Origin: an uncultured Candidatus Saccharibacteria bacterium
Lineage (GTDB): Bacteria; Patescibacteriota; Saccharimonadia; Saccharimonadales; UBA7683
Length of the DNA: 64,000 bases
Direction of reading: 5' to 3'
NCBI GenBank assembly: GCA_964541305.1
Contig: CAZIPE010000006.1
Coordinates: 1,957 to 65,956, forward strand
Every line of letters starts with the position of its first letter. Position 1 is the stretch's first letter. Shown piece after piece: positions 43,113 to 52,399 of the stretch. The notes under the pieces are model-generated. The model was given only the letters and a program-made list of their open reading frames with translations. It searched no databases and had not been told where the DNA came from. Both the position numbers and the translations under genes were made by a program.

Positions 43113-45092
43113 TTACCCCACCGCGAGACGAGCACCGCCGCCAACCCCGGCACACGAGCCGTGCAGGTCCGGCTTACCATTCCGGTTCACGTAGGAACGC
43201 GGCACAAACGACCACCCGACAACCGTTTTTGGCTCTAGGTCAAAATGCCTAATGTAGGTTTTATCGAAAGCGCTACTATCGTCTAATTTGTCACCCTGCG
43301 CTCGCAAGGCATGCCAATAAGTAACCGCGTCAAGTAAACTTGGAACTCGTGAGTGTAACTCAGGACGGCTGGCTTGGCGTTCACGTAGTAAGTGTACTTG
43401 TGTTTCTACCGGCTTATTACTAATCTCACCGTCATAACGGCTTGGTATGAGGCTCAAGCGAACAGGTGCTTCGCCACTATTGCCCGACCACTCAGGCCCA
43501 CCGTAACGACCCTTACGATATAGTTCATCATAGACGTAGGTTGTGTATGGCTGATCTTTGCCAAAGCTTTCCGCTAATGCAACGATTTGGGCTTCGCTAG
43601 CTTCAATGTTAGGTGTAGCCACTAGATTAAAACGGGCACCATTTTCTATCAGCTGCTCTACCAGATAGTCGTACGTACCGTTTGCTTGCCATTCCCTGTC
43701 TTTTGAAGCAAACAGTTTTTCAAGCTCATTTGGAGTTAATGCTGTTTCGTCCTTACGAAATAGACGTTGTTTTCCACCTAATTGCTCTGCGACTGTCTTG
43801 TATGCCGCAAACGCACTACTTAGTTGCTCACGGATACTTTCAGGCAATATACGGGCAAGTTCGGGCTTATCTCTATCACCACGTAATTGTCTAATCTCGC
43901 CTATGCGTGGGTCGTCTTCATAGCCAAAACCCTGTATTTCGTGGTCTAGTTCGTACAGGAAGCGCAGTTCCTCCGCACTTAACTCGGCGTCAGGATTAGC
44001 TGTAATGCGTTTTTCAATAGCAGTTAAGCGCTTCATATCCTCTGCTTTACGAATGTACTCTTCACCACCGGGCAAGTCTTTAAGACGATTCGCCGTAATA
44101 TCAGCCATTTCAGGTTCAAGTTCTTGCGCGGCATTTACGCCCCGAACTTCGGCAACTTCGCCCTGCTCCATACGTATAGCCACCCGTAGAACAGTATCTC
44201 TGTCCTTCTCATCACGAGTGTAGTACACGAAAAAGTCGCCACCCCTTAGTTGCATAGTTGCTGTGCTTTCACCAGCCGTACACCAACCGGTTCCGTGCCC
44301 TTGTAGCGAACCAGAGAGCCTGCGGGCTGTACGGGGGTCGTCAGTCTGATTAAACTTAGTCCACGAACCTCTAGTGTCTTTTCTTAACTCTGGGCTATCA
44401 GGCGTAACTTCCAAAACAGCGTGGGCATAGAGTCTACCGAAATTACCACTTTTAAGGAGCTTTTGAAGTTCTGCATCGTTAGCCCCGCCATTGACTTGCT
44501 CGCCTTGTACCCGTGCTTTGTTCAGCACATCATAGACGTAAGCTAAAGCTTCACGGTTTAGCTCGGGGTAGGGCGCGGTCGTACCACGACTACGTTTCTG
44601 AAACTCGCTTTTATCCTTGTCATATGTTCCCAGTTTTGTAACTGATGACCAGGTATAGCTCTTAAACCAGTCTGGATAGCCACCGTCATCACCGCCAAGG
44701 TACTCAACCCATTTACCAAGTCCTGCACGTTGGTCAGCTTGTACCGCCTCAATAATTTGATGACGCATTTCAGAGGTTATGTGAATAACGCCGTGGCCTT
44801 GTTCACGAGCTATCCGGCGTTGCAATTCAAAATAACTTTCAGGTACATCCTCAGCTTTAATGACGTGAGCATCTATCTGACGGTCTATACTACCTTGATC
44901 GCCAGTTAAAATGCCGTCATTTACGTACTCACGGTTAGCCAAAAATCCCAGGTGAGCCGAGATTTTGTCAGCTGGTTCATTAGGAATAGACTCGCCACCC
45001 TGACGTAAATAGCCAACTACTACCTCAACTTCATCAGATGAGTGCATCTGTGGATTTCTATCGTGGAGAAAGGAGCTCCCGGGACTTTGCAT
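43113..45092 (-). CDS. DGR target (variable) protein, 659 aa, C-terminal VR
   Basis: The ORF ends in ...GWSFVPRSYVNRNGKPDLHGSCAGVGGGARLAVG*. No N-terminal signal peptide or TM helix is visible. Confidence 0.88.
   Translation of the reverse strand: MQSPGSSFLHDRNPQMHSSDEVEVVVGYLRQGGESIPNEPADKISAHLGFLANREYVNDGILTGDQGSIDRQIDAHVIKAEDVPESYFELQRRIAREQGHGVIHITSEMRHQIIEAVQADQRAGLGKWVEYLGGDDGGYPDWFKSYTWSSVTKLGTYDKDKSEFQKRSRGTTAPYPELNREALAYVYDVLNKARVQGEQVNGGANDAELQKLLKSGNFGRLYAHAVLEVTPDSPELRKDTRGSWTKFNQTDDPRTARRLSGSLQGHGTGWCTAGESTATMQLRGGDFFVYYTRDEKDRDTVLRVAIRMEQGEVAEVRGVNAAQELEPEMADITANRLKDLPGGEEYIRKAEDMKRLTAIEKRITANPDAELSAEELRFLYELDHEIQGFGYEDDPRIGEIRQLRGDRDKPELARILPESIREQLSSAFAAYKTVAEQLGGKQRLFRKDETALTPNELEKLFASKDREWQANGTYDYLVEQLIENGARFNLVATPNIEASEAQIVALAESFGKDQPYTTYVYDELYRKGRYGGPEWSGNSGEAPVRLSLIPSRYDGEISNKPVETQVHLLRERQASRPELHSRVPSLLDAVTYWHALRAQGDKLDDSSAFDKTYIRHFDLEPKTVVGWSFVPRSYVNRNGKPDLHGSCAGVGGGARLAVG
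43115..43227 (-). repeat. DGR variable repeat (VR), last 37 codons of the target gene
   Basis: It differs from the TR at 17 positions, all of them TR adenines. The identical GC-rich 3' end (GCTCGTCTCGCGGTG) is IMH-like. Confidence 0.92.
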
Positions 45093-45147
45093 AGTAATTT
45101 CTTATTGTAGCGTTTAGACTGTTTGTTTTTATTATCTAACAGACTAC

Positions 45148-45176
45148 ATACTATCATATTTTAAGGTGCGTGTCAA
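45148..45176 (-). promoter_or_regulatory. sigma70-type promoter for the DGR target gene (TTGACA-17-TAGTAT)
   Basis: The minus strand reads TTGACAcgcaccttaaaatatgaTAGTAT, immediately after the ftsA stop codon. Confidence 0.55.
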
Positions 45177-45182
45177 CTTTTT

Positions 45183-46421
45183 CTATCTGGAGCCGAAGAA
45201 TCTACCAAACAGAGATTTTGCTACACCAGCACCACGCTCCAAGTGTCCGCCAAGCCATTTTCCGCCATAACTAGTTGTTTCATCTTTGTGCATATCAAGT
45301 AGCATTAGCCCTACAGCCGTTGCGTAATCTGCGCGCGAAACCTTTTCTTTAAGTCCACTTACGTTGCCCGGAATGGCAATACGTGCTGAAAGTCCGAGTG
45401 TATCTCTCGCTACATCTTCAATACCAGATAGTAGCGCACCGCCGCCACTAAGTGTTACGCCACCAGGAAGTTTTCGTGATAAGTGTATTTTACCCAGTTC
45501 TTTGTCGACAGCCTCAAACAACTCCTCTAGTCGGGCGGTGATAACAAGTTCTATGTCTTTTGTCGGGAAGATGTATTCTTTTTGGTTGACCACTACTTTA
45601 ATGTGTTTCGGCCGATCTTTAGAGCTCTTGGCTAAATACTTATAGTTACGCTTCACTGCCTCTGCCACTTTTATATCCGTTCGAAGCCCAATTGCCAGAT
45701 CATTTGTGACCTGCATACTGCCGATTGGAATAACGGCCACGTGAAGCACGTCGCCTTCTTCAATCACAATGACATTAGTGGTAGATGCACCAATATCAAC
45801 AACTGCCACACCATTTTCTCTTTGTTCAGGACCGAGACTTGCTTGGGCGGATCCGAGACTTGCAACGCTTAAGCGGTTTATGTGGGTATTAGTGGTTTCG
45901 AGCACTTTTTCCAGATTCTTCAAAGCTGGACCTGCAATAGTCACTACATGCGCATCAACCTCGAGTCGCGTGCCACTCATTCCTATTGGATCTTTTATAT
46001 TACTATTTCCATCAACAATGTAGCTGCGCGGGAAAACGCTGAGTATTTCATAATGTTGAGGTAATTGAAGGAGTGTTGCTGCATCCTCAACCCGCATAAG
46101 ATCTTCTTGGGTGACTTCTTGACCAGATATCGCTACCGTCCCGCGCGAATCAATCCCACGAATATGTTCGCCATTTATATTAACTGTGGCTGAAGTTACC
46201 TGAACTCCCGACATACGTTCTGCAAAACCAATTGCCTGATCTACCGCCTGCGCTGTATCGGAAATATTAATGACTGAACCTTTTCGAAAGCCTGTGTTTG
46301 GCGCCTCACCCAAGCCAACCAAATCAACCTGCTGTTTTTCTGGCTTCATGACACCGATTACACAGCGAACTGTGGTGGTGCCGATATCAATGCCCACTAC
46401 GGCTTCAGTATGTTCTTGCAT
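45183..46421 (-). CDS. ftsA: cell division protein FtsA
   Basis: 412 aa with an actin-like ATPase fold (VVGIDIGTTTVRCVIG, VVDIGASTTNV). Confidence 0.94.
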   Translation of the reverse strand: MQEHTEAVVGIDIGTTTVRCVIGVMKPEKQQVDLVGLGEAPNTGFRKGSVINISDTAQAVDQAIGFAERMSGVQVTSATVNINGEHIRGIDSRGTVAISGQEVTQEDLMRVEDAATLLQLPQHYEILSVFPRSYIVDGNSNIKDPIGMSGTRLEVDAHVVTIAGPALKNLEKVLETTNTHINRLSVASLGSAQASLGPEQRENGVAVVDIGASTTNVIVIEEGDVLHVAVIPIGSMQVTNDLAIGLRTDIKVAEAVKRNYKYLAKSSKDRPKHIKVVVNQKEYIFPTKDIELVITARLEELFEAVDKELGKIHLSRKLPGGVTLSGGGALLSGIEDVARDTLGLSARIAIPGNVSGLKEKVSRADYATAVGLMLLDMHKDETTSYGGKWLGGHLERGAGVAKSLFGRFFGSR

Positions 46422-46469
46422 ACAGATTAGTATAGCGCTTATGTAGTTATCTACGCAACAATATTATGC

Positions 46470-47219
46470 TTATACTAAGGTAAGTATTTCAGCAGAGTCC
46501 TGGGTGATTAGAATTGTGTGCTCAAAATGGGCTGAAAGACTGCCATCGTAGGTTTTGATTGTCCAGCCATCTGAATCAAGCACCACCCTATCAGACCCTA
46601 ATGTACTCATGGGCTCAATACAGATAGTCATACCGGCTGAAAGCTTGTTACCCGTGCCGATTGATCCATAATTTGGAACATCTGGCTGTTCGTGAACGTG
46701 ATGTCCAACACCATGGCCCACCAGATCACGAACAATACCAAAACCATGCTTGGTCATTACTTTTTCGACCGCTGAACCGATATCACCGGTTTTTACACCA
46801 TCCTTTAGTACACCAATTCCTGCGTTCAGAGCCTCTTCGGTACCCTTAAGCAGCTTCCGCTTCTGCCCGTTCGATTCACCGGCACAGACTGTAATAGCCG
46901 CATCGGTAATCATACCGTTATACGAAACGCCAAAATCTAAGCTTACCAAATCGCCATCTTGAATTATCTCCTCGCCCGGGATACCGTGCACCACCTCATC
47001 ATTAAGCGATATACAGATGACATCAGGAAAACCGTTGTAGCCTAAAAATGCTGGTGTGCCACCAAGTTTTTTAAGTTCTTGCGCAGCACTATCGGCAAGT
47101 TGCTTTGTTGTCTGACCTATAGCCACTTGCTTCTTCAGGTATTGCAACACCGAGGCAAGCATCTGCCCCGAAATGCGCATATCATTTATTTCTTGCTCAG
47201 TTTTTATCTTAGTGAACAT
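46470..47219 (-). CDS. map: type I methionine aminopeptidase
   Basis: 249 aa with metal ligands in the DxxxD, H and E pattern (HGIPG, LVSLDFG, GHGVGHHVHE). Confidence 0.94.
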   Translation of the reverse strand: MFTKIKTEQEINDMRISGQMLASVLQYLKKQVAIGQTTKQLADSAAQELKKLGGTPAFLGYNGFPDVICISLNDEVVHGIPGEEIIQDGDLVSLDFGVSYNGMITDAAITVCAGESNGQKRKLLKGTEEALNAGIGVLKDGVKTGDIGSAVEKVMTKHGFGIVRDLVGHGVGHHVHEQPDVPNYGSIGTGNKLSAGMTICIEPMSTLGSDRVVLDSDGWTIKTYDGSLSAHFEHTILITQDSAEILTLV

Positions 47220-47222
47220 TAT

Positions 47223-47789
47223 TTATGATTTCTTTGATTCGTGCGCCACCAATTTACACGCCTCGAGTTCATCTTCAATTCTATCATGCACCTGACCGAC
47301 CGAACCCATACCGTCAATGTGCGCAATACGGACTTTCTGATCAGTAAGGTAGGTAAGAATGGGGTAAATTTCTTGACGATAAATATTTAAACGCTCCTCA
47401 ATAACCTCAGTCGTATCGTCAATTCTCCCGCGCACCTTCAATCGTTTTTCAAGCTCTGAGCGTGGCACCTCGAGGACTATCGCGAGCTCAATTGAACGTT
47501 CGTGCCGAGGTTGTGTTTCAAACAGCCACTTCGCCTGCTCTAGTTTGCGTGGATAGCCATCAAGAATAACTCGATCAATCCCCTTTGCTCGCTCGAGCGC
47601 ATCGGCAATAATATCATTAATCTGTTCGAGACCAACAAGCGCACCTTTACGCATATCTTCAACAATTTTTGGGTCGCGTGAATCACGCAGTAGCTGTCCT
47701 GAAGAAAGCCACCGCCACCCATGACGCGCGGCCAGAATCTGCCCCTGCACACTCTTACCTGCACCTGCTGGACCAAAAAATACAATCAT
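47223..47789 (-). CDS. adk: adenylate kinase
   Basis: P-loop GPAGAGKS and DGYPR motif. Confidence 0.92.
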   Translation of the reverse strand: MIVFFGPAGAGKSVQGQILAARHGWRWLSSGQLLRDSRDPKIVEDMRKGALVGLEQINDIIADALERAKGIDRVILDGYPRKLEQAKWLFETQPRHERSIELAIVLEVPRSELEKRLKVRGRIDDTTEVIEERLNIYRQEIYPILTYLTDQKVRIAHIDGMGSVGQVHDRIEDELEACKLVAHESKKS

Positions 47790-47800
47790 TGCTTCTCCTT

Positions 47801-48250
47801 TTAACTCAGTTTTTGTTTGACTAACAACGCAATTTTTGAACCATCCGCTTGGTTGCCAAGTTTTGACTTCACTGCGCCAATTACTTTTCCCATATCTTTC
47901 ATACCCTCTGGCTTGATTGTTGAAATTATCTCATCAACAGTTGCTTCAATAACCTCGTCACTCACCTGTTCGGGCAGATATTCTGTAATAATTTCTTTTT
48001 CTTTGAGTTCTTTTTGTTCGCGCTCACCATCGCCAGCCTTGCCGTACAAATCAGCTGCTTCTTGGCGCTTTTTTGCTTCTTTGCTAAGCACCTCAATTAT
48101 TTGGTCATCGGTAAGACCCGCTTCGCGTACACCCAGCTCAACCTCTTTATACAAAATGGCGCTTTTGAGCATATTAATAAGTTCGACTCGTGATTTATCC
48201 CCTGAAATCATCGCTTGCTTCAGGTTAGTACTCAAGAGTTCTTTGATCAT
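47801..48250 (-). CDS. GatB/YqeY domain-containing protein
   Basis: 149 aa, beginning LKQAMISGDKSRVELINMLKSAILYKEVE. Confidence 0.8.
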   Translation of the reverse strand: MIKELLSTNLKQAMISGDKSRVELINMLKSAILYKEVELGVREAGLTDDQIIEVLSKEAKKRQEAADLYGKAGDGEREQKELKEKEIITEYLPEQVSDEVIEATVDEIISTIKPEGMKDMGKVIGAVKSKLGNQADGSKIALLVKQKLS

Positions 48251-48252
48251 GA

Positions 48253-48471
48253 CTAGCGCTGTAGACCCAGGCGGATCCGCTTCATTTTCTCTAATTTACG
48301 AGCTTTTCTGATAATCGCCTTTTCTCGACGATCTCGCTTGCTCATAGGCTTCTGGAAAAACTCGTTGTCTTTTACAACCGTCAGTACTCCAGCCTGCTGA
48401 AATTTACGGTTGAATCGTCGGATGAGATTTTCCAAACCTTCTTTGTTGTCTTTACGCGTTACTTGAATCAT
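48253..48471 (-). CDS. rpsU: 30S ribosomal protein S21
   Basis: The start is set at MIQVTRKDNKEGLENLIRRFNRK. A TAGAAT -10 box (48479-48484) lies 7 nt upstream. Confidence 0.85.
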   Translation of the reverse strand: MIQVTRKDNKEGLENLIRRFNRKFQQAGVLTVVKDNEFFQKPMSKRDRREKAIIRKARKLEKMKRIRLGLQR

Positions 48472-48515
48472 GAATACCATTCTACTACAGATTGCTATCT
48501 GGTACAAGCCTGTTT

Positions 48516-48794
48516 CTACTTGCCTTGCCCTGCTCGCTGGCTCTTAAGTACCATGCTTTGAAGTTCCTTAAACAAAACAAATTGTTTATTTGTGTAGTAA
48601 ATTTTACTGTTTCCTTTTTTCTCTGATATCAGAAACCCGATTTTTTCGAGCTTTTTGAGCTCTCTTTGGATATTGCCAGGATCTTCACGTATAAGCTTTG
48701 CCAGCCCTCTTACGTGAGTTTTAAAATCAGGATATTTGGCATATACAATAATTATTTTGCGCCTAACACGGGAGGTAATAAATGTATCGAGCAT
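48516..48794 (-). CDS. winged-helix transcriptional regulator (ArsR/MarR-like)
   Basis: 92 aa with an HTH-like segment, VRGLAKLIREDPGNIQRELKKLEKIGFL. Confidence 0.6.
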   Translation of the reverse strand: MLDTFITSRVRRKIIIVYAKYPDFKTHVRGLAKLIREDPGNIQRELKKLEKIGFLISEKKGNSKIYYTNKQFVLFKELQSMVLKSQRAGQGK

Positions 48795-48886
48795 GTCTAC
48801 ATTATAGCACTACTTTTCATTGTCATTTACACAATATCTGCATTTTTTTGATGAATTTTCAGCAATAGTGCCGCCCTGCTCTGTAT

Positions 48887-50848
48887 ATGCAATCCGGGAA
48901 CAAAGGTATACTTACTAGTATGACGTATTATGTGCTGGTGTGTCCGATTGGGGTTGTGGGCGGAAAGAATGATTTACTCACCTATTCATATAGCGAAAAG
49001 CTTACAATCGGTCAGCTTGTACAGATACCCTACGGTACACAAACAAAAAATGGTGTGGTGTGGGGAGATATTGAAAAACCCGCGTTCAAAACGAAGCCAA
49101 TAGAAAAGGTGCTTGATGAAATAATGCCACAGCACCTCACTGCGCTTGCTGATTGGATACACATCTACTATGCTTCGCGACTTTCGATGGTACTTCAGAC
49201 ACTTTTACCCAGTGGCGCGGGACGTTCCAGAAAAAAGGAATTTGATCTTGAAACTCATGTGCAACGAAATACAAAAGTTCACGCACTGACTTCTTCTCAA
49301 AAGAAAGCAGTAAACAGTATTGAGGAATCAACTAGTACCACCCACCTTCTTCACGGAGTTACTGGTTCAGGCAAAACACAGGTTTACCTTGAACTAGCAA
49401 AGAAAACAATCGAGCAAAACAAGTCCGTCGTACTACTGGTCCCTGAAATAGCCCTAACATCACAACTTGCCAGTGATTTTACCACCGCCACAAAAAATCT
49501 CTTAGTACTTCACTCCCAGCAAACAGAGGCTCAACGACATTCTCTATGGAAAATGTTACAAAGTTCTACAGAGCCTTGGGTCATCATTGGACCACGTTCC
49601 AGTCTTTTCGCTCCACTGAAATCTATTGGTCTCATTATTATCGATGAATGTCATGAGCCAAGCTATGTGCAAGATAGTCAGCCAAAATACAACGCTCTTC
49701 GGGTTGCACGTAAACTTGCAGATATTAATAGAGCAAAGCTGGTACTGGGTAGCGCAACCCCAAACATAGCCGACTACTATCTCGCCAAAAAAACCAGCAC
49801 GCCTATCGTCGAACTACCACAACCAGTCCAGGTATATGACCGTGAAGTAATTGTGGTTGATAGCAAAGATCGTAATCAGTTCCTTTCTCACCCATTATTT
49901 TCAAAAACACTTATACATGAAATGATGCACGCTAGAGACCAGGGTAATCAAATACTCCTTTTCCATAACCGTAGGGGAACAGCACGACTCGCGCTCTGTA
50001 GTAGCTGCGGCTGGCTGGCTGAGTGCTCGAACTGCCATGTACCGTTGCGACTTCATCACGACACTCATATACTCAAGTGCCACATATGTGGAGTACACAG
50101 GCCCCTACCACCCAACTGTCCGGAATGTAAGCAGCCAGATATTGAATTTAAAGGATTTGGCAGCAAGCGAATTGAGCAAGAAGTTGCTAAATTATTGCCT
50201 GATGCACGCATTGCTCGATTTGATAGCGACACACCACAAAGTGAGCAAATCCATAAACGCTACAACGAACTTTTTAATAATGAAATTGACGTTATTATTG
50301 GCACTCAGGGTCTTGCTAAAGGCCTCGACCTTCCAAAGCTTTCAACGATTGGCATCGTGCAATCAGATACAGAACTGTTCGTACCTGACTTCAGTTCTGC
50401 CGAACGGGCATTTCAACTTATTACTCAGGTAATCGGCAGAGCGGGGAGAACCGGAGAAAAAGCCAAGGTAATTATTCAAACTCTCAACCCCGATCATTTT
50501 GTTTTAAAATCTGCGATTACGCAGAATTACGCAGAGTTTTATGCAACTGAAATAAAAACTCGTGAAATGACCCACTTACCCCCTTTCACCTTTCTTATGC
50601 AGTTGCGCACTGGCTACGCCACAAACACTAGCGCAGAATCAGCATGCAATAAACTTGCACGTGAGATTAAAAAACAGTACCCGAAGATAAGTATTCGTGG
50701 ACCAGTCCCGGCATTTCATAATCATCAAGGTGGTAAGTTTTATTGGCAGATGACAGTTTCTTCACAAACACGCGCAACTCTAGTAGACATTGCGCACAGT
50801 CTTCCTCAGCGCTGGCAATTTACCCTCGACCCAATGAATCTTTTGTAG
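48887..50848 (+). CDS. priA: primosomal protein N' (PriA helicase)
   Basis: Walker A GVTGSGKTQV, DECHE, and a Cys-rich zinc-binding insertion (CSSCGW..CSNCHV..CHICG..CPECK). The true start may be the internal M at 48920. Confidence 0.92.
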   Translation: MQSGNKGILTSMTYYVLVCPIGVVGGKNDLLTYSYSEKLTIGQLVQIPYGTQTKNGVVWGDIEKPAFKTKPIEKVLDEIMPQHLTALADWIHIYYASRLSMVLQTLLPSGAGRSRKKEFDLETHVQRNTKVHALTSSQKKAVNSIEESTSTTHLLHGVTGSGKTQVYLELAKKTIEQNKSVVLLVPEIALTSQLASDFTTATKNLLVLHSQQTEAQRHSLWKMLQSSTEPWVIIGPRSSLFAPLKSIGLIIIDECHEPSYVQDSQPKYNALRVARKLADINRAKLVLGSATPNIADYYLAKKTSTPIVELPQPVQVYDREVIVVDSKDRNQFLSHPLFSKTLIHEMMHARDQGNQILLFHNRRGTARLALCSSCGWLAECSNCHVPLRLHHDTHILKCHICGVHRPLPPNCPECKQPDIEFKGFGSKRIEQEVAKLLPDARIARFDSDTPQSEQIHKRYNELFNNEIDVIIGTQGLAKGLDLPKLSTIGIVQSDTELFVPDFSSAERAFQLITQVIGRAGRTGEKAKVIIQTLNPDHFVLKSAITQNYAEFYATEIKTREMTHLPPFTFLMQLRTGYATNTSAESACNKLAREIKKQYPKISIRGPVPAFHNHQGGKFYWQMTVSSQTRATLVDIAHSLPQRWQFTLDPMNLL

Positions 50849-50889
50849 ATAGCTTCAATCTCATCTGTATATCAGATATACTGTAGGTA

Positions 50890-51465
50890 ATGGATCGCAA
50901 CAGTATTATCGCCTTACCTAAAAAAAGTTTACGACAAACCTCGCAACGCGTCGGTGTAATTACTGATGAAGTGACGAAGTTGATTAAAGATATGATAAGC
51001 GCGACGATTGACTGGGAAGAACACCGTGATCAAGAAGTGGCCGTAGGCCTTGCCGCTGTTCAGGTCGATAGATTAACCCGTGTGGTCATCATACGAAATG
51101 ATTTTGAAGATGCTGCCGACAAACGCTTCACCGTTTTCATCAATCCAGAAATTGTTAAAAAAATTGGTCCAATTGAAGAAGATTACGAAGGCTGCCTGAG
51201 TGTGCCTGATATATACGGCAAAGTGCCTCGCTATCAAGGCGTAAAAGTAAAAGCACTAAACGAGGATGGCAAGCCATTTAGGGTAACTGCCTATGGGTTT
51301 CTGGCACGACTCTTGCAACATGAGGTAGACCACATTCAAGGCAAAGTTTTTATTGACCATATTAAAGGCAAGAAAGATGCCTTCTATAAACTTATGCCCG
51401 AAGGTGGGCTTGAACCGCTCGACTATGAAGAGTATGTTAAAGATAATCATGATCTGTGGGATTAA
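50890..51465 (+). CDS. def: peptide deformylase
   Basis: GLAAVQV, EGCLSVP and HEVDH motifs. Confidence 0.94.
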   Translation: MDRNSIIALPKKSLRQTSQRVGVITDEVTKLIKDMISATIDWEEHRDQEVAVGLAAVQVDRLTRVVIIRNDFEDAADKRFTVFINPEIVKKIGPIEEDYEGCLSVPDIYGKVPRYQGVKVKALNEDGKPFRVTAYGFLARLLQHEVDHIQGKVFIDHIKGKKDAFYKLMPEGGLEPLDYEEYVKDNHDLWD

Positions 51466-51468
51466 CTC

Positions 51469-52398
51469 ATGAATGGTAAAATATCAGTTGTATTTTTCGG
51501 CACAGGTCCAGTAGCCGCACAGTCACTTGAGCTATTACTTAATACCTTTGACGTCGAAGCCGTCGTTACTAAGCCAAAGCCGTCCCATCATCGAGGTGAG
51601 TTTCCTGTTTTAGAGATCGCCAAAAAATACCACCTGACTGCGCATGAGGTAACTGATAAAAAATCCCTTTCGGAACTCTTTCAAACTACTCAATTCAGCA
51701 GTGATGTCGCAATTTTAATAGACTTTGGCATTATTGTTACAAAAGATATCATCGACTACTTTAAGAAAGGTATCATCAATAGTCACTTTTCACTTTTACC
51801 GCAGTGGCGCGGAGCCGACCCTATAACATTTTCGATTCTTTCTGGTCAGAAACAAACAGGAGTAAGCCTGATGTTACTGGTCGAAGCCATGGATGAGGGC
51901 CCACTTCTTGCGATTGGCAAGCAAGCAATAGAAAATGATGAAACGACAATGAGTCTTACGCAAAAACTTATTTCTTTAAGCGACATTTTGTTACAAAAAG
52001 AAGTTCCGGAGTACCTTTTGGGTGGTACGAAAGGTATTGACCAGTCAAAAATGCACACGCTCATCCCCGACTATCCTCATGCGCCGAGTTACTCACGAAA
52101 GCTCACGAAAAATGACGGGATAATGGACTTTAATAAACCTGCAGTAGAACTAGAAAGAGAAGTTCGAGCCTTTAAGCAGTGGCCAAAAAGTAAAATAACC
52201 TTACATGGAAATGAACTAGTCATTACAGATGCTCATGTTGTTAATGAGTCTGGGAATCCTGGATCGTATGAGTTGCGCAAGAATGAGCTTATCATCTTTA
52301 CTTCTAAAAAAGCTCTTTCGATAGACGAGTTAAAACCATCGGGAAAACCAGCAATGCCAATCACTGCATTTCTAGCTGGTTATAAAAATCGACTTTAG
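51469..52398 (+). CDS. fmt: methionyl-tRNA formyltransferase
   Basis: NSHFSLLPQWRGADP motif. It follows def, the usual arrangement. Confidence 0.93.
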   Translation: MNGKISVVFFGTGPVAAQSLELLLNTFDVEAVVTKPKPSHHRGEFPVLEIAKKYHLTAHEVTDKKSLSELFQTTQFSSDVAILIDFGIIVTKDIIDYFKKGIINSHFSLLPQWRGADPITFSILSGQKQTGVSLMLLVEAMDEGPLLAIGKQAIENDETTMSLTQKLISLSDILLQKEVPEYLLGGTKGIDQSKMHTLIPDYPHAPSYSRKLTKNDGIMDFNKPAVELEREVRAFKQWPKSKITLHGNELVITDAHVVNESGNPGSYELRKNELIIFTSKKALSIDELKPSGKPAMPITAFLAGYKNRL

Positions 52399-52399
52399 A

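Larger units (their letters stand above)
41403..45092 (-). mobile_element. diversity-generating retroelement cassette (target/VR, spacer, TR, antisense avd, RT)
   Basis: All canonical parts are present, and the TR/VR mismatches are strictly adenine-specific. Confidence 0.9.

Noticed and set aside
47817-48311. 164-aa plus-strand Ser-rich ORF
   Set aside because: It is a shadow ORF antisense to the GatB/YqeY gene and rpsU. It is low-complexity with no start context.
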